A stretch of DNA of 64,000 bases from Aplysia californica (lineage: Eukaryota): the NCBI RefSeq assembly GCF_000002075.1, contig NW_004797484.1:235069-299068 (forward strand), in the 5' to 3' direction. Of this stretch, positions 38,701 through 49,101 are shown one piece after another. Both the position numbers and the translations under genes were made by a program. Numbering within the stretch: position 1 is the first letter of the stretch; each line of letters starts with the position of its first letter. The notes beneath the pieces were generated by a model, which did no database searches, had not been told where the DNA came from, and saw nothing but the letters and a program-made list of their open reading frames with translations.

Positions 38701-41700
38701 ATGTTCTTTCAGTCAAATATGTAGCGTACCTCTATGCTTTTGGTCTTTGTCTAAATAAAAACATTCAACCAAATTGAAATGTGTCTTGTTTGAATAGCTG
38801 TATATATTTTCAGTACTCCTGTCTGTCAGTATGTTCTTTCAGTTAAATATGTAGCCTTCTTGTATGCTTTTGGCCTGTTTTCTGAATAGAAACTAAAATA
38901 ATAAGACTGAATTGAAATGTGTCTTGTTTGAACAGCTGATTATATTTTCAGTACCCTCTCCTGTCTGATAACATGCTTGTTTTGCATACTTTTTTTTTAA
39001 ATTTCAGAATACGGCCGGCAGGTGAAGCACACATTCCTGGACAGCTTGTTTGGTGGACAGCTAGTTAGTACTGTCAAGTGTGAGGAGTGTAAAAATGTAA
39101 GCTTTTAATGTTTTGTGACTCTAATCTTCTTCTTGTCTTTATGGCGTGTGTGAATATGTGTGTAGTATTGCTATTGTTGTTCCACAAAATTGTGCATCAT
39201 TTTTTTTTTTATTGGTGGGGGGTCGGTAGGGGTTGGATGAACACAGCCTTGTGGTTTTTTTGCTCTGACTTTGAGGAGTGAAAATTGTTGTTGGTGTTGT
39301 TTCTTATTGTCCCCAACTTGTGAAATGCTGTCCAATAAAGTATATTTGATTTATCTGCATCATTTAAATTGTCTCTATATTTTCAGGCATCTCAAATCTT
39401 TGAAGCATTCTTGGATCTGTCCCTCCCTGTGATGGAAGAGAAGGTACAGTACTTTGAGACTTTTTATATTTTTTATTTTTTTTGCATAGTCTCATCATTG
39501 TGTTGATGGGGTAACTGCCATGTGGTTAACTATTTTAGAATTTAGAGTTAAAGATAGTAAGAAACCTGATCAGTCAGTCCCCTTTGCTGTTGCTAATTTC
39601 TAGTTGGATGTTTCCTCTCTTTTTCTCTGTTGACGGAAGGGGTTAGTGATGGCACAGACTGATTATTATTTTCTGTTGGCAGCTGTCAGAAAACTAGAGG
39701 TGGTGGAGTTGTTCTGAGATGAGTCACTTGTCGTTGTTTGTTAGGACGAGGGTGAAATTAAGTCCCGAAAAGGACGCTGAGCTGTTTGTCTTCAGTTAGG
39801 TGCTGATGCCATAATTTTATCTCCTGATTAATTCCCTTTATTGATACCTGTTGTGTGTATGCCCTGCCCTCCTCTCTGTGTGGTTTTGGAGAGAAAGATG
39901 AGATAAGGTTTTATCATCCCAGAGGAAAATTTTTCTTGGCTGTACAGGATCGTAAAAACACATGCAGGTATACATAAAAATGTAAATGATATTATATTAC
40001 TCTCATTAAACTTTATATGAAAAGAGTAAGTAAAGCTGACGAAATATACACATCACATCGGATGCATCATTCAACCACATGCAGGAATTTAATTACAGAC
40101 CTTAAGAGTTATATAGATACATATCGAAAGAGCAATACACGTTGATGCTTATTCTGATATTAGCCTTATGCCAGATGTTAAAAAACTTCTTTTATTACTT
40201 TCTTTGTTTTTAGAGGTACATGTCTGTCGCTGTGTGATCTTACAATTTGCGTGGAAAGGGGGTGTGATGAAAAGCTGAAGAAGTGACCCTTCTCAAAAGA
40301 TGTAACTGTGTTGTGACTCGACTGCAATAGAAAATATCTTCTATTTTTAGAAAAGTAACGAAATGTTCTTGTTTCCCCCACAAAGCCCCAAAGGCCAAAT
40401 CTGGTTCTGATCGGCAAGAAGAAAGATTCGGTCAGCGTGAGTGAGGCGGGAGACGAGGGTGGAGCTGCCGCAGCGGCTGCGTCTGCCATGGGCCTGGACG
40501 CCTGCGACAAACCCAGCAAGTACCAGGAGCGGAAAAACAAGAGACTGCAGAAAAAAGAGGCCAAGGTAAGTAAGCTTGAACAAGTTGTGGTGCTTATGTT
40601 TTAGCTTTTCCTCATTTTAAGATTGAAGCAGTATTAAGATACTTGGGAAAAGTTTAGTTGGAAGGGGGTTTATTCACCAGATCTTTCTAAGATTGTGGTC
40701 CTCGTACTTTGAAAAAAAGATTTGCTCATTTTCAAAATTTTTAAAAGGGAAGATAGGCCTTTATTTTTTAAGTGATACGGTCCTTCAGTTTCAGTTTGGC
40801 TTGTATCCAGATTACAAATGGTAATGATTTGTAAATGCCCCTTTGTTACAAAAAAACAAAAAAAAGGAAAATTATTTGTTTTGTGATGAGGATGATGAAA
40901 TAAATACCCCTATGTGTTATTTCTTATGCTGTTTTGCTATCTAAAATTTTGGGTTATGCCTGCCCCAGGACTCTGAAAGCAAATGTTCCCATTTTATGTA
41001 ATCACCATTCATGCTTGATGCATTATGGTCAGACATTTCTGTCTTTTTCAATTTTGTCTATGTAGCCTACATCCTTGTGTTTACTCTTTGTTGTGTGAGT
41101 AAGATGACGAGGTGTTTTTTCTGCTTCTTTAGAAAAAAGGCAAAGCTCAAAAGTCCCCGAGTCATGAGCTCTGTGAAGCAGCGAGCAGAGCTGATGGGGA
41201 CGACAAACCAACGACTCCAGATCAACACAACGCAAGCGACGACAGCGGCGGTAAACCGGAGACCTGTGACGCGGAAAAACCGACAGCTTCTACCTCAGGG
41301 TTACTCGGGGAAGGTGATGCGGCTGGAGAGAACGGGAAAATATCTGACAGAACGAAACAAAGAATAGTTGAAAATGGAGGACTGGAGGGTGCTGTGGGGC
41401 CCAGCAGTGCGGTGCCAGAGAACAAGTTGCTGTGTGGTGTTGGAGGCGGGGATGTGGACAGCAGCTCTCTGGCCGCCGATAGTTCCCCGGAAGGCAGCAA
41501 AGACGGGCTGGAGGGGAATGCCGACCGTGACGGGAACAGCTCTAAAGATGACCCATCCGGTGAGTTATCTGCTTTTGATTTATTGTCTTTTATCAGGGGA
41601 TGTCGGTGAGCACTTTTGCACTTTGATCCTTGTTATTGCGCGAACTTTTTTTTAAAAAGTGTTGAACGACAGTGATTGGGGGGGGGGAGTCATAATTCTT

Positions 41701-44700
41701 TGTGTCGATCTCTCACTTTGCCCGTAGTCGTTTTCTTTATCTCACTTGATCTTGTACAGTCATTAACTGTTTGTCAAGGTAAAGGGTGGAAAAATGCAAC
41801 AGACAGGTTGGAAAAAATGTGAACCTACCAGCCACACTGGCACAGAGGGTCTCATAGATGATTTTTTTGTCGTTTTCATTACTGTTAATGGGTTTTTTTT
41901 TCAAACACCAGGTCAACTGTCCTTGAAATGCCCAAACTATTGTGTCACTTTTGGGGACACAGGTTTCCTTCCACCACAACCAGTATCACATTTTCTGTTC
42001 TGTTTTCCCTGTAGATGCTGATATTGAGGATAACCTAGACAACGAAGTGAACAGACGCGAGACTTCTGCTACAAATAAACTTGCCAAAACAACCAACAAC
42101 AGCAGCAGCGGTGTCCCACATCAGGGCCCAGTGTCCGAGGGAAAGGACCTTGACACTGTGGTGGTCACAGCCTCTCTCCCCGTGGCTGCCTCGGCAGCTG
42201 GCGGATGTGAGGATATCATCAACAATAACGTGGTGACTATTTCAAACGAAACCCCAGCGGAGAAATTGGCTGAAGCCGAACTTTGCTCAAAGTTCAACGG
42301 TTTAGAAGCACCGGGCTGCAGCAGCTCAAAGGATTGTGAGGAGAACAACGCAAAGACATTTTCATGTGAGGTCACCGTTAATAATCATTCAGATGTGGTG
42401 GATCTTTCCAACGCTATGGGCAACCTGGCGGTGAACGACTCCGCTGGAGCTACGGGTGACGCGGCAACGGCAGGAGGAGCCGTGGGCAAGAGCCCATCAG
42501 CGCCAGAACCAGACTGTGATAGGAAGCAGTGTCCTGAAGTCAGTGCCACGTTCAACCTGAGCTTGCCAGGGAACTCGGATGGGCTTAAGGGCTCCCCTAG
42601 AGAGGAGGAGGAGGAGGGGAATCATTCCGGTGCTTCTGCTAGTCAAGTTGGGAAGAACTCATCGTCGTTATCCAAGGTGAAAGATTTGGGTGAGGAGGAT
42701 GAGTCCGGGGTACCTTCTACGGAGGAGAGACAGCAGCAGGGGGGGAACAAGGTGCTCAAGTCCAGGCAGGAGATCTTGAAGGAGGCTCGAACCTACTCCA
42801 TGAGCACTTTAGCACCTCGGTGAGTGGCACAAACTCTCTTCTTTTTCCCTCTATAAAATTGTCTGATTTCTAACCATTAAATTGTAAAACTTGGTATGCA
42901 TTTTCATAATTCAGCAATTTGTTAAAAACTTGATAGTGTGTCAGGTTTCGTTATTTAAATACTAACTGAAAAATTTGATGTTCTTTAATCTGTCAGTTTT
43001 TTTCTTATTCTGGTTTTGTTGTGATCTGCTCCTCGTTTTTAAGTGTTTCAGTTTCAGTTGTCATAAACAGTTCCCTTCAAAATATGGCTGTTATTGTACT
43101 GGCCTGTGTAAGGAGTAGGCCCAACGACTCAGTACTGATGTACTCTTTTCTCTGCCGCCCTGCTCCACTTCAGTCTTCACTGATCTGCTTTGTTCTATAT
43201 CTCTTCTTGTTTGCTCTCTCCTCTCTACTCTTCGGGAGTGGCATTGGAGGATGCTTCTTGTGATTTCTTGTTTTTTCTCTCCTTTTTTCTGTTTTGTTAA
43301 ATGTTTCCTGCACTGAATGACTTATTTAATGTGAATTTGCTTCTCTTTAATAATACTCAAATCGAATTCACCTCAACTCCATGCCTTTCCTATCTTTTTC
43401 ATGCAACTTTTCTCTCTTCAACCCAATACCTCCTATGACCATTTATTTCCCCAGGGTGGGTGGTTGATGGGTGCCCTGATTTGGTTTGCTCCCTCTATCC
43501 TACCGAACACATCATCGCCTCAGAACTATTTTGTCCAAAGGGCCTCTTTATTTAAGTACATTTTGGACAAAATAGTTCTGAAGCGACAATATAACATCTT
43601 CATCTCTCCTCCTTCTTTTTACTATGTATATTACTCTCTAGTAGCTCCTTTAATCTTCATCATTTGTATTATTATAACCTTATAATGTTGAAAGTGCCGT
43701 ATTACTCTTTACTAAACCTACAACAAACTTTCCGCAGGTACCACCCGGCCCCTCGGGAGTGCTCTGTCATGTCCTGTCTGAACCAGTTCACGGCGGCCGA
43801 GCTCCTCACTGGCTCCAACAAGGTCAGCTGTAAAGAATGCACCAAGGCCAAAAGGAAAAGCTCACAGCCTCCAAAAGGTGAGGGAAAACACTTACAGATT
43901 TTATGATTGGAATAATATGTGTGTGCGTCTAAATTCTATTGGGGGACTCTCGTGGCCTAGAGGTTAAGGTGTTGGCCTCTCATGCAAAGGTCCCGGGTTC
44001 GAATCCGGGTAGCGACCGAAAAATTTTCTTCTCTAAAATTGTCTCCTTTCACCTCCTTTCCTGCTCTCTAGCAATGTTCTGTTGTCTGCTTTCATTTCCA
44101 CTTTCTGCCCCCGCCCCCTCACCTCCTTTGCTCCCTCCTCTGGGCTCCTGACTCTTTCTGCAGCCTTTCTACTGCTACTCCTTGGCTCCTCCTTACTGCT
44201 GTCTTTCTGCCACACCCCTGATCTTCTGGTAGGAAAGATCAACACCTAGCCTTCTCGGGCAAGGGCGAAAAATCTCGGAGGGCCTGTGTGCAAGTTGCGC
44301 ACGTTAAAGATCCCTTGGTGGTCTAAAATTGATAAGAGTAGGCTTCGGCCGCCACCTGGGCAAAATTCAAAATTTCCTACCAACTGAAAATATTAGGAGT
44401 GTCCCGCGCGCTCATATGACCTATACTATGCAGTTGCGAGCGCCGTAAAACACTTTACAAAAACAAACAAATAAATTCTATTTTTCTCGTTTTATTTTTG
44501 TGAACTTTATTTGCCTAATGTATGTCAGCATTTCACAGATTTTTTTTAAAGGGACTCGTTAAACATTAGTACCCAGCCTGGTTACATTCCAAATTTTTTT
44601 TTGTTGTGTCATTTCTCCTGGTAGAATTTTTATACAATATATGTCATTAAGATTATTGCCTGCAAAAAATATGGCGCAGGTGGCATGTGGCTGATGGAGC

Positions 44701-47700
44701 ATTTTCTTTTGAGATGTAGTGTGGATGTTACCTGCCAGCATACTCTCAGACGGGTTTTTCCTCATTTAGACCCTGTTTTACTTGCTTACTAACTTTGTTC
44801 TCAGTGATCATTTTCTATCTTGCTGTTCTTCATTGTCATGGCCTTGTGAATATCTTCTTTTTTTTTTTGTTGAAAGTTGTCTAGCATAGAGCATTGCATA
44901 AGTGGATATGCGTTATATAGATGCAATCCATTATTATTATTAGCTTCTAAATTTACTAAGCTCTTATTTTTTTTTTTTTTTTTTTAATTGAAACTTATCT
45001 AACTTTTACTGGTGTTTTTTTTTTTCACAGCTGAAAAGAAAGGGAAAGAAATGGTTTACTCCAACGCCAACAAGCAATACCTGATATTTCGCCCGCCAGC
45101 CGTCCTCACTCTGCACCTGAAGAGGTTTGAACAGGTGAGAGAGGTGGCTGCACTGATCCATAAGATTTGCAGTTATACATCAGTTTTAACCCCTCTGAAA
45201 CTATGATATTTGAGAAATTTGTTCCAGTGTGTCATTAGTCAAGCTAGTATCATGCTGGAACTACGATATAAGTGCATCATNNNNNNNNNNNNNNNNNNNN
45301 NNNNNNNNNNNNNNNNNNNNNNNNNNNNNNNNNNNNNNNNNNNNNNNNNNNNNNNNNNNNNNNNNNNNNNNNNNNNNNNNNNNNNNNNNNNNNNNNNNNN
45401 NNNNNNNNNNNNNNNNNNNNNGAAAATGTCAATTTAGTGTAAGATGCTGATTGATGAAGTTAAAGAGGAATATGATAACTTTTTCCATTCTTTTTTTTTT
45501 TTGTCTTCCTTTCAAGCCCCCTTGATTTTTTGGTACAACTGGGTGTCAGAGGGAAAGGGGCGTACAGTGAAACAAAAATTCTGCTTGCCTTGATTGGTGA
45601 CGATGGTTTTTTTTTGCATTCTACAGACTGGTCTGACGTCCAGGAAAGTGAATCGCCACGTGGATTTTCCTCTGTTGTTAGACCTGGCTCCTTATTGCAG
45701 CTCGTTATGTCTGGTATGCTTACCCTTCTTCGTTTCCTCTTTTTTTATTCTGTATTGTTGCTCATTGTGTAGACTAATCTTCATACCTCTGTGTTGTCTC
45801 TCTGGTTTAGTTTTGTAGCTCATATTGTGTCTGGTATGCTTACCCTTCTGCCTCTATTGTTCCGTACTTATATCTTCTTAGTGTAGCTCTCTACTTTACC
45901 TCTGTTTTTATTCTGTAATGTTGCTCATTGTGTACACTGATCTTCATACCTCAGTGTTGTCTCTCTGGTTTTACTTTTGTAGCTCATTATGTGAGGCAGC
46001 GTGGTGGAATCAGGCTCTCGTCAATTTTGGGGCATATGGATTTATAGGTGTCATCTTAAAGCTTGTTAATTTGTCTTTATTTGGATGAAAAAAATATCCA
46101 TTTATCTTGAGTACAAGTCAAGATATTTGCGAAAGAAGGTGGGGGTTACCTGTTTTCGGATGTAAAATTATTGAGAAAATGACCGCCAAAGATTAGTTAT
46201 GTCCTTAGCTTAAGAGTCCGTGGTAACTGAAAATTTACATTTTTGTGCCTTTTATCAACGCTTTTCAGAAAAATCCACACAGAAATGAGTTCTTTAATGG
46301 GCATGAAAGGTGTTGAGCCAAAAAACAAAAATTTGAAAAAAATTCACAAACCTGCGGAAAAATGCAGGTTTCTTCACTTTGATTATTTTGACGAGAGCCT
46401 GATTCTACCACGCTGCCTCACATATTGTGTCTGGTATGCTTACCCTTCTGTCTCTATTGTTCCTTATTTCTATCTTCTTAGTGTAGCTCTCTACTCTACC
46501 TCTGTTTTGTCTCTGTCTTTTCCACCTCTGTTGACTCTCCGTCCTACTTCTTATACACAGTGGTTCTTCTTTCTTTTGTTTCGCTGCATGGTTTAGTTTT
46601 GTGGATATCATTTGGTCGCTTTTAAGCACGAGGGGGCTATCCCGAAAAATGCTGTTTTGAGAAAATCGAAGGTTAAGTTTTTTGTCCCTTGTTCAGTTTC
46701 TTTAAAAAACGAGGAGAGTTTTCTTTATAACCAAACAAATATACACACCAATAAAACCAAACTTCTCCTATAGGTGGGGCAATTTCAACTTTTGGTGTAG
46801 GTCAAAATTTCTGGAAACCCCCAAAATCTGGGTTAGCCCGCTTGTCCTTAAATGCGACCATCTAAGGGTGGCATAAAATGAAGGACACAATAAAAGTAAA
46901 GACAGCATTTAGAGCAGCCGATGTATCAGCTCTCATTTTCTTTGTTTAACGTCCATGGAGTTGAATTAAACAGAGAAGTCAAGCCCCTGAAAGCTTATTC
47001 ATCGGCTCACTCAACGAGAGCTGGTCAGGTTCAACTCATTTGTATTTTTGTGTCACTCTCTTAGTGGCTGTGTGTGTGGTTGATGGGTGCTCTGGTGTCG
47101 TTTGCTCCTTCTTGCCAATCAAACTTTCAAACATGTGCCATCCTTATCTCTGTGGGTGGTTGGCAGGTGCTCTGGTGTGGTTTGCTTCTTCTTTCCTGTC
47201 AAACTTCTATCTTCCTAATCTCCCCTCCTTCTTTTTTATATTTGTTCCTCTCTTGTAACACCCTCTAATCTTCTGGCGCTCATATACCTTATGCAGTTGT
47301 GAGCGCTGTAAAACTACTAAAACTAAAACTAACTGTCTCTCTGTTTTCTACCTTTGTGTTGACTCTCCGTCCTACTTCTTATACACAGTGGTTCTTTGTT
47401 TTGTTTCGCTGCATGGTTTAAGTTTTGTGGATATAGTTTAAGGGCGAAATAGATTGAAGGACACAAAAGTACAGGCAGCATTTAGGACAGTCAATGTATC
47501 AGCACTCATTTTCTTTGTGTAAATTACTCACATTGAATTTGAAATAAACAGAGAAGTCAAGCCCCTGAAAGTTTATACATCGGCTCACGCCATCAGAGCT
47601 GGTCAGGTTCAACTCATTTGTATTTTTGTGTCACTTTCTTGTGGCTGTGTGTGTGTGGTTGATGGGTGCTCTGGTGCATATGCCGTAAAACTTTCTTACT

Positions 47701-48963
47701 AAAACTTTAAAAACAAAATTTGTCCCCACCAGGGCGTGAAGGCTGGCCAGTCCAAGGTGCTGTATTCGCTGTACGGCGTGGTGGAGCACAGCGGCCGTCT
47801 GAGCGGCGGCCACTACACGGCCTACATCAAGGTACGGCCGGGCCTGGGGCCACACACACAGTTCCTGCACGGCAACCCGCCCAACCCGCTGGACCTGCTC
47901 AGTGTGTAAGTAGCTGCTCGTGCTGTTGGTGTTTTAGGCCTATGTTGACATAATTTAGGTTATGTGGAAAACTGGCTTCTTTCTTTCTTTTTCTCGGTCT
48001 CATCGCACTTGAGGTCCGGTATCTATCATATACTGGGCCGTCGTGCTCTGTCCGTCTGTCGGCCTGTACAGTTTCTCTTGCAGTGTCAACGGGGTTGGCC
48101 ACGTTTGGAAAGCAGGCTGTTTGGGCCTTTCATGTCAGGGCCAGCCCAAACTGAGTTCAAGTACAGCTTTCAAGCTGATGGAACTTGCAACTTCCTTGTG
48201 CAATTGTACAGAGCCTTTATGCTTCACCACAAACACCAGTTTGGCATTTTTGTAATGGATAAATTAAGAGATTACCTATAACAAAGACCAATTGAGTGAG
48301 ACTGATGCCGGATTTAATTTTGAAATAGAGCTTTTTATGTTGTACACGATTTCTTGTTTTGAGCCCCAAGGATGGAAGCCTGATTGTTAGATGGCTTGGT
48401 GGGGGGTCTTGTAATTTGAAAATATTTCTTAACATTTGAGAGATATGATAAAAAAAAAATTTAATCTCCACAAAGATAAATTTGTAAATACATACATTCA
48501 CACATCAGCACACTCACACAGACACGCACACTCTCTCGCACAACCACTCACACTTTCATACACAGGCACACACGTATATAACCATTGGATGCACATATGA
48601 AATTACGTTTATCTAGAACGACGGAATAGCTCGTATTGGTGATAGTATTTGTTAATTTTCATAACTATTGATTCTTGTTTGGTTGGGTTTAAAACAAATA
48701 AAATAAAATGGACTCCCATCTTCAGGTATATGGAGCGAATTGTGAAGAGCAAAGAATGCTATGCCGGTCAGGAGAGCGGGTGGCCTAAAGGTGACCCTCA
48801 GGCAGCGCCGGACGTGATGGACAAGGAGACGGAGGCACGCGCCGAAGCCCTGGTCGCGCCGGGCCGCTGGTTCCACATCAGCGACAGTCGAGTCAACGAG
48901 GTCACGGAGACAGAGGTTCTCAAGGCACAGGCGTACCTGCTCTTCTACGAGAGGACGTTTTAA
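29624..48963 (+). CDS. USP16/45: USP16/USP45-family ubiquitin carboxyl-terminal hydrolase; whole CDS span, 21 coding exons, 3432 nt, about 1143 aa
   Basis: Exons join in frame through AG/GT sites (one GC donor). N-terminal MGKNRR, ZnF-UBP (CPHV..ECTLC..CLQCGHQGCDR..HALKH..WCYMCD), Cys box [57 protein letters not shown], His box [33 protein letters not shown]. Confidence 0.95.
29773..29988. repeat. 27-bp minisatellite (ctcaggtacctatgttatttgtgtgtt), about 8 units
   Basis: direct reading. Confidence 0.9.
30523..30608 (+). CDS. USP16/45: USP16/45 exon 2 ([10 protein letters not shown]...ECT)
   Basis: cctcag acceptor, gtgagt donor; start of ZnF-UBP. Confidence 0.9.
31203..31346 (+). CDS. USP16/45: USP16/45 exon 3 (LCSK...ICLQCGHQ)
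   Basis: tgacag acceptor, gtaagt donor; CLQCG motif. Confidence 0.9.
32010..32156. repeat. 25-bp minisatellite (tagcaygctggggagaaagttgttt), 6 units
   Basis: direct reading. Confidence 0.9.
32493..32596 (+). CDS. USP16/45: USP16/45 exon 4 ([15 protein letters not shown]...W)
   Basis: cctcag / gtaagt; ZnF-UBP HA.KH motif. Confidence 0.92.
33213..33322 (+). CDS. USP16/45: USP16/45 exon 5 (CYMCDEEV...)
   Basis: ttgcag / gtaaga; completes WCYxCD. Confidence 0.9.
33852..33940 (+). CDS. USP16/45: USP16/45 exon 6 (linker ...CVKVK)
   Basis: aagcag / gtaggg; phases fit both neighbours. Confidence 0.8.
34411..34458 (+). CDS. USP16/45: USP16/45 exon 7, Cys box [16 protein letters not shown]
   Basis: cgacag / gtatgc; catalytic Cys motif. 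Confidence 0.95.
34505..34705 (+). mobile_element. 5'-truncated RTE-like LINE in USP intron 7
   Basis: [16 protein letters not shown]..; (GAT)n tail; 10-bp TSD ttgttttatt (34495-34504, 34706-34715). Confidence 0.85.
34780..35309 (-). mobile_element. SINE family A, full length
   Basis: reverse complement of 43941-44471; 10-bp TSD gggtttactt. Confidence 0.92.
35906..36061 (+). CDS. USP16/45: USP16/45 exon 8 (SISQTRGL...KKPL)
   Basis: cctcag / gtgaga; GC3-rich coding. Confidence 0.88.
36728..36864 (+). CDS. USP16/45: USP16/45 exon 9 (...[14 protein letters not shown]...[13 protein letters not shown])
   Basis: ttccag / gtaaga; family-typical motif. Confidence 0.9.
36884..37015. repeat. ~67-bp tandem duplication
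   Basis: acaataagaggttagag...gtactggtaaaatg twice. Confidence 0.85.
37284..37371 (+). CDS. USP16/45: USP16/45 exon 10 ([29 protein letters not shown])
   Basis: caccag acceptor; QQDSHE box; ends at AAG|GCAAGG (GC donor). Confidence 0.88.
37728..37902 (+). mobile_element. retroposon R copy
   Basis: gtgggtggttggcaggtgctctg head, ggcgctcatatgaccttatgcagttgtgagcgcc hairpin, actaaaac tail. Confidence 0.8.
38120..38210 (+). CDS. USP16/45: USP16/45 exon 11 ([10 protein letters not shown]...KLKVK)
   Basis: caacag / gtatgt. Confidence 0.88.
38342..38600. mobile_element. hAT-type MITE, same family, opposite orientation
   Basis: tagaggtgggcaa...ttgcccagcccta; 8-bp TSD caagaggg. Confidence 0.9.
39008..39096 (+). 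CDS. USP16/45: USP16/45 exon 12 ([29 protein letters not shown])
   Basis: tttcag / gtaagc; first finger CxxC. Confidence 0.93.
39387..39443 (+). CDS. USP16/45: USP16/45 exon 13 ([19 protein letters not shown])
   Basis: tttcag / gtacag; FLDLSLP motif. Confidence 0.93.
40386..40565 (+). CDS. USP16/45: USP16/45 exon 14 (insertion start, basic [16 protein letters not shown])
   Basis: caaag / gtaagt; open frame, phase 0-0. Confidence 0.85.
41133..41559 (+). CDS. USP16/45: USP16/45 exon 15 (low-complexity insertion)
   Basis: ctttag / gtgagt; 427-nt open frame with matching phases. Confidence 0.82.
42015..42819 (+). CDS. USP16/45: USP16/45 exon 16 (DADIEDN...SMSTLAPR)
   Basis: ctgtag / gtgagt; corresponds to ORF 41942-42823. 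Confidence 0.88.
43738..43877 (+). CDS. USP16/45: USP16/45 exon 17 ([30 protein letters not shown])
   Basis: ccgcag / gtgagg; second finger CxxC. Confidence 0.93.
43941..44471 (+). mobile_element. tRNA-headed SINE family A, full length
   Basis: A box tggcctagagg, B box ggttcgaatcc, gcacgttaaagatccc core, gcgctc..gagcgc hairpin tail, (CAAA)n; 11-bp TSD taaattctatt. Confidence 0.92.
45031..45134 (+). CDS. USP16/45: USP16/45 exon 18 (...[14 protein letters not shown])
   Basis: tcacag / gtgaga; LHLKRF box. Confidence 0.94.
45627..45713 (+). CDS. USP16/45: USP16/45 exon 19 ([19 protein letters not shown])
   Basis: ctacag / gtatgc. Confidence 0.93.
45990..46422. mobile_element. MITE M1 copy in USP intron 19
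   Basis: TIRs, TA flanks. Confidence 0.88.
46622..46851. mobile_element. TTAA-flanked MITE (Kolobok-like termini)
   Basis: ttaagcacgagggggctatccc...gggttagcccgcttgtccttaa; absent from the paralogous segment at 47430. Confidence 0.55.
47152..47332 (+). mobile_element. retroposon R copy
   Basis: same head, hairpin and (ACTAAA)n tail. Confidence 0.8.
47733..47905 (+). CDS. USP16/45: USP16/45 exon 20, His box ([26 protein letters not shown])
   Basis: caccag / gtaagt; catalytic His. Confidence 0.94.
48726..48963 (+). CDS. USP16/45: USP16/45 exon 21 (...[11 protein letters not shown]...[10 protein letters not shown])
   Basis: ttcag acceptor; terminal USP motifs; TAA stop. Confidence 0.94.
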
Positions 48964-49095
48964 TGACAGGTCTATAATGCTAGAGCGTCTGAATAGGTGA
49001 ATAGGTTTATATGGAATGAAAGTGGGATTTGTACAGGCTTATTCAGGGTTTTTTCCCCGCAGTTTTATCTTCTACTATTTAATGATTTCATGAAT

Positions 49096-49101
49096 AATAA
49101 A
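49096..49101 (+). promoter_or_regulatory. candidate polyadenylation signal for USP16/45
   Basis: AATAAA about 130 nt after the stop; more distal AATAAA sites also exist. Confidence 0.35.

Larger units (their letters stand above)
46510..47680. repeat. local duplication in USP intron 19 (46510-47100 vs 47335-47680)
   Basis: shared blocks ttgactctccgtcctacttcttatacacag and aaacagagaagtcaagcccctgaaag...ggtgctctggtg. Confidence 0.85.

Noticed and set aside
40880-40981. Possible intronic C/D box snoRNA (TGATGA...CTGA)
   Set aside because: Weak terminal stem and no rRNA-complementary guide that I can recognise; would need snoscan/Infernal
43941-44015. tRNA-like sequences (also 20735-20806, 28640-28713, 35235-35309)
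   Set aside because: SINE heads: continue into SINE bodies, have TSDs, no complete cloverleaf
1367-45450. Long ORFs containing X runs
   Set aside because: Artefacts of N blocks, which mostly adjoin microsatellites and look like masked or unresolved simple repeats
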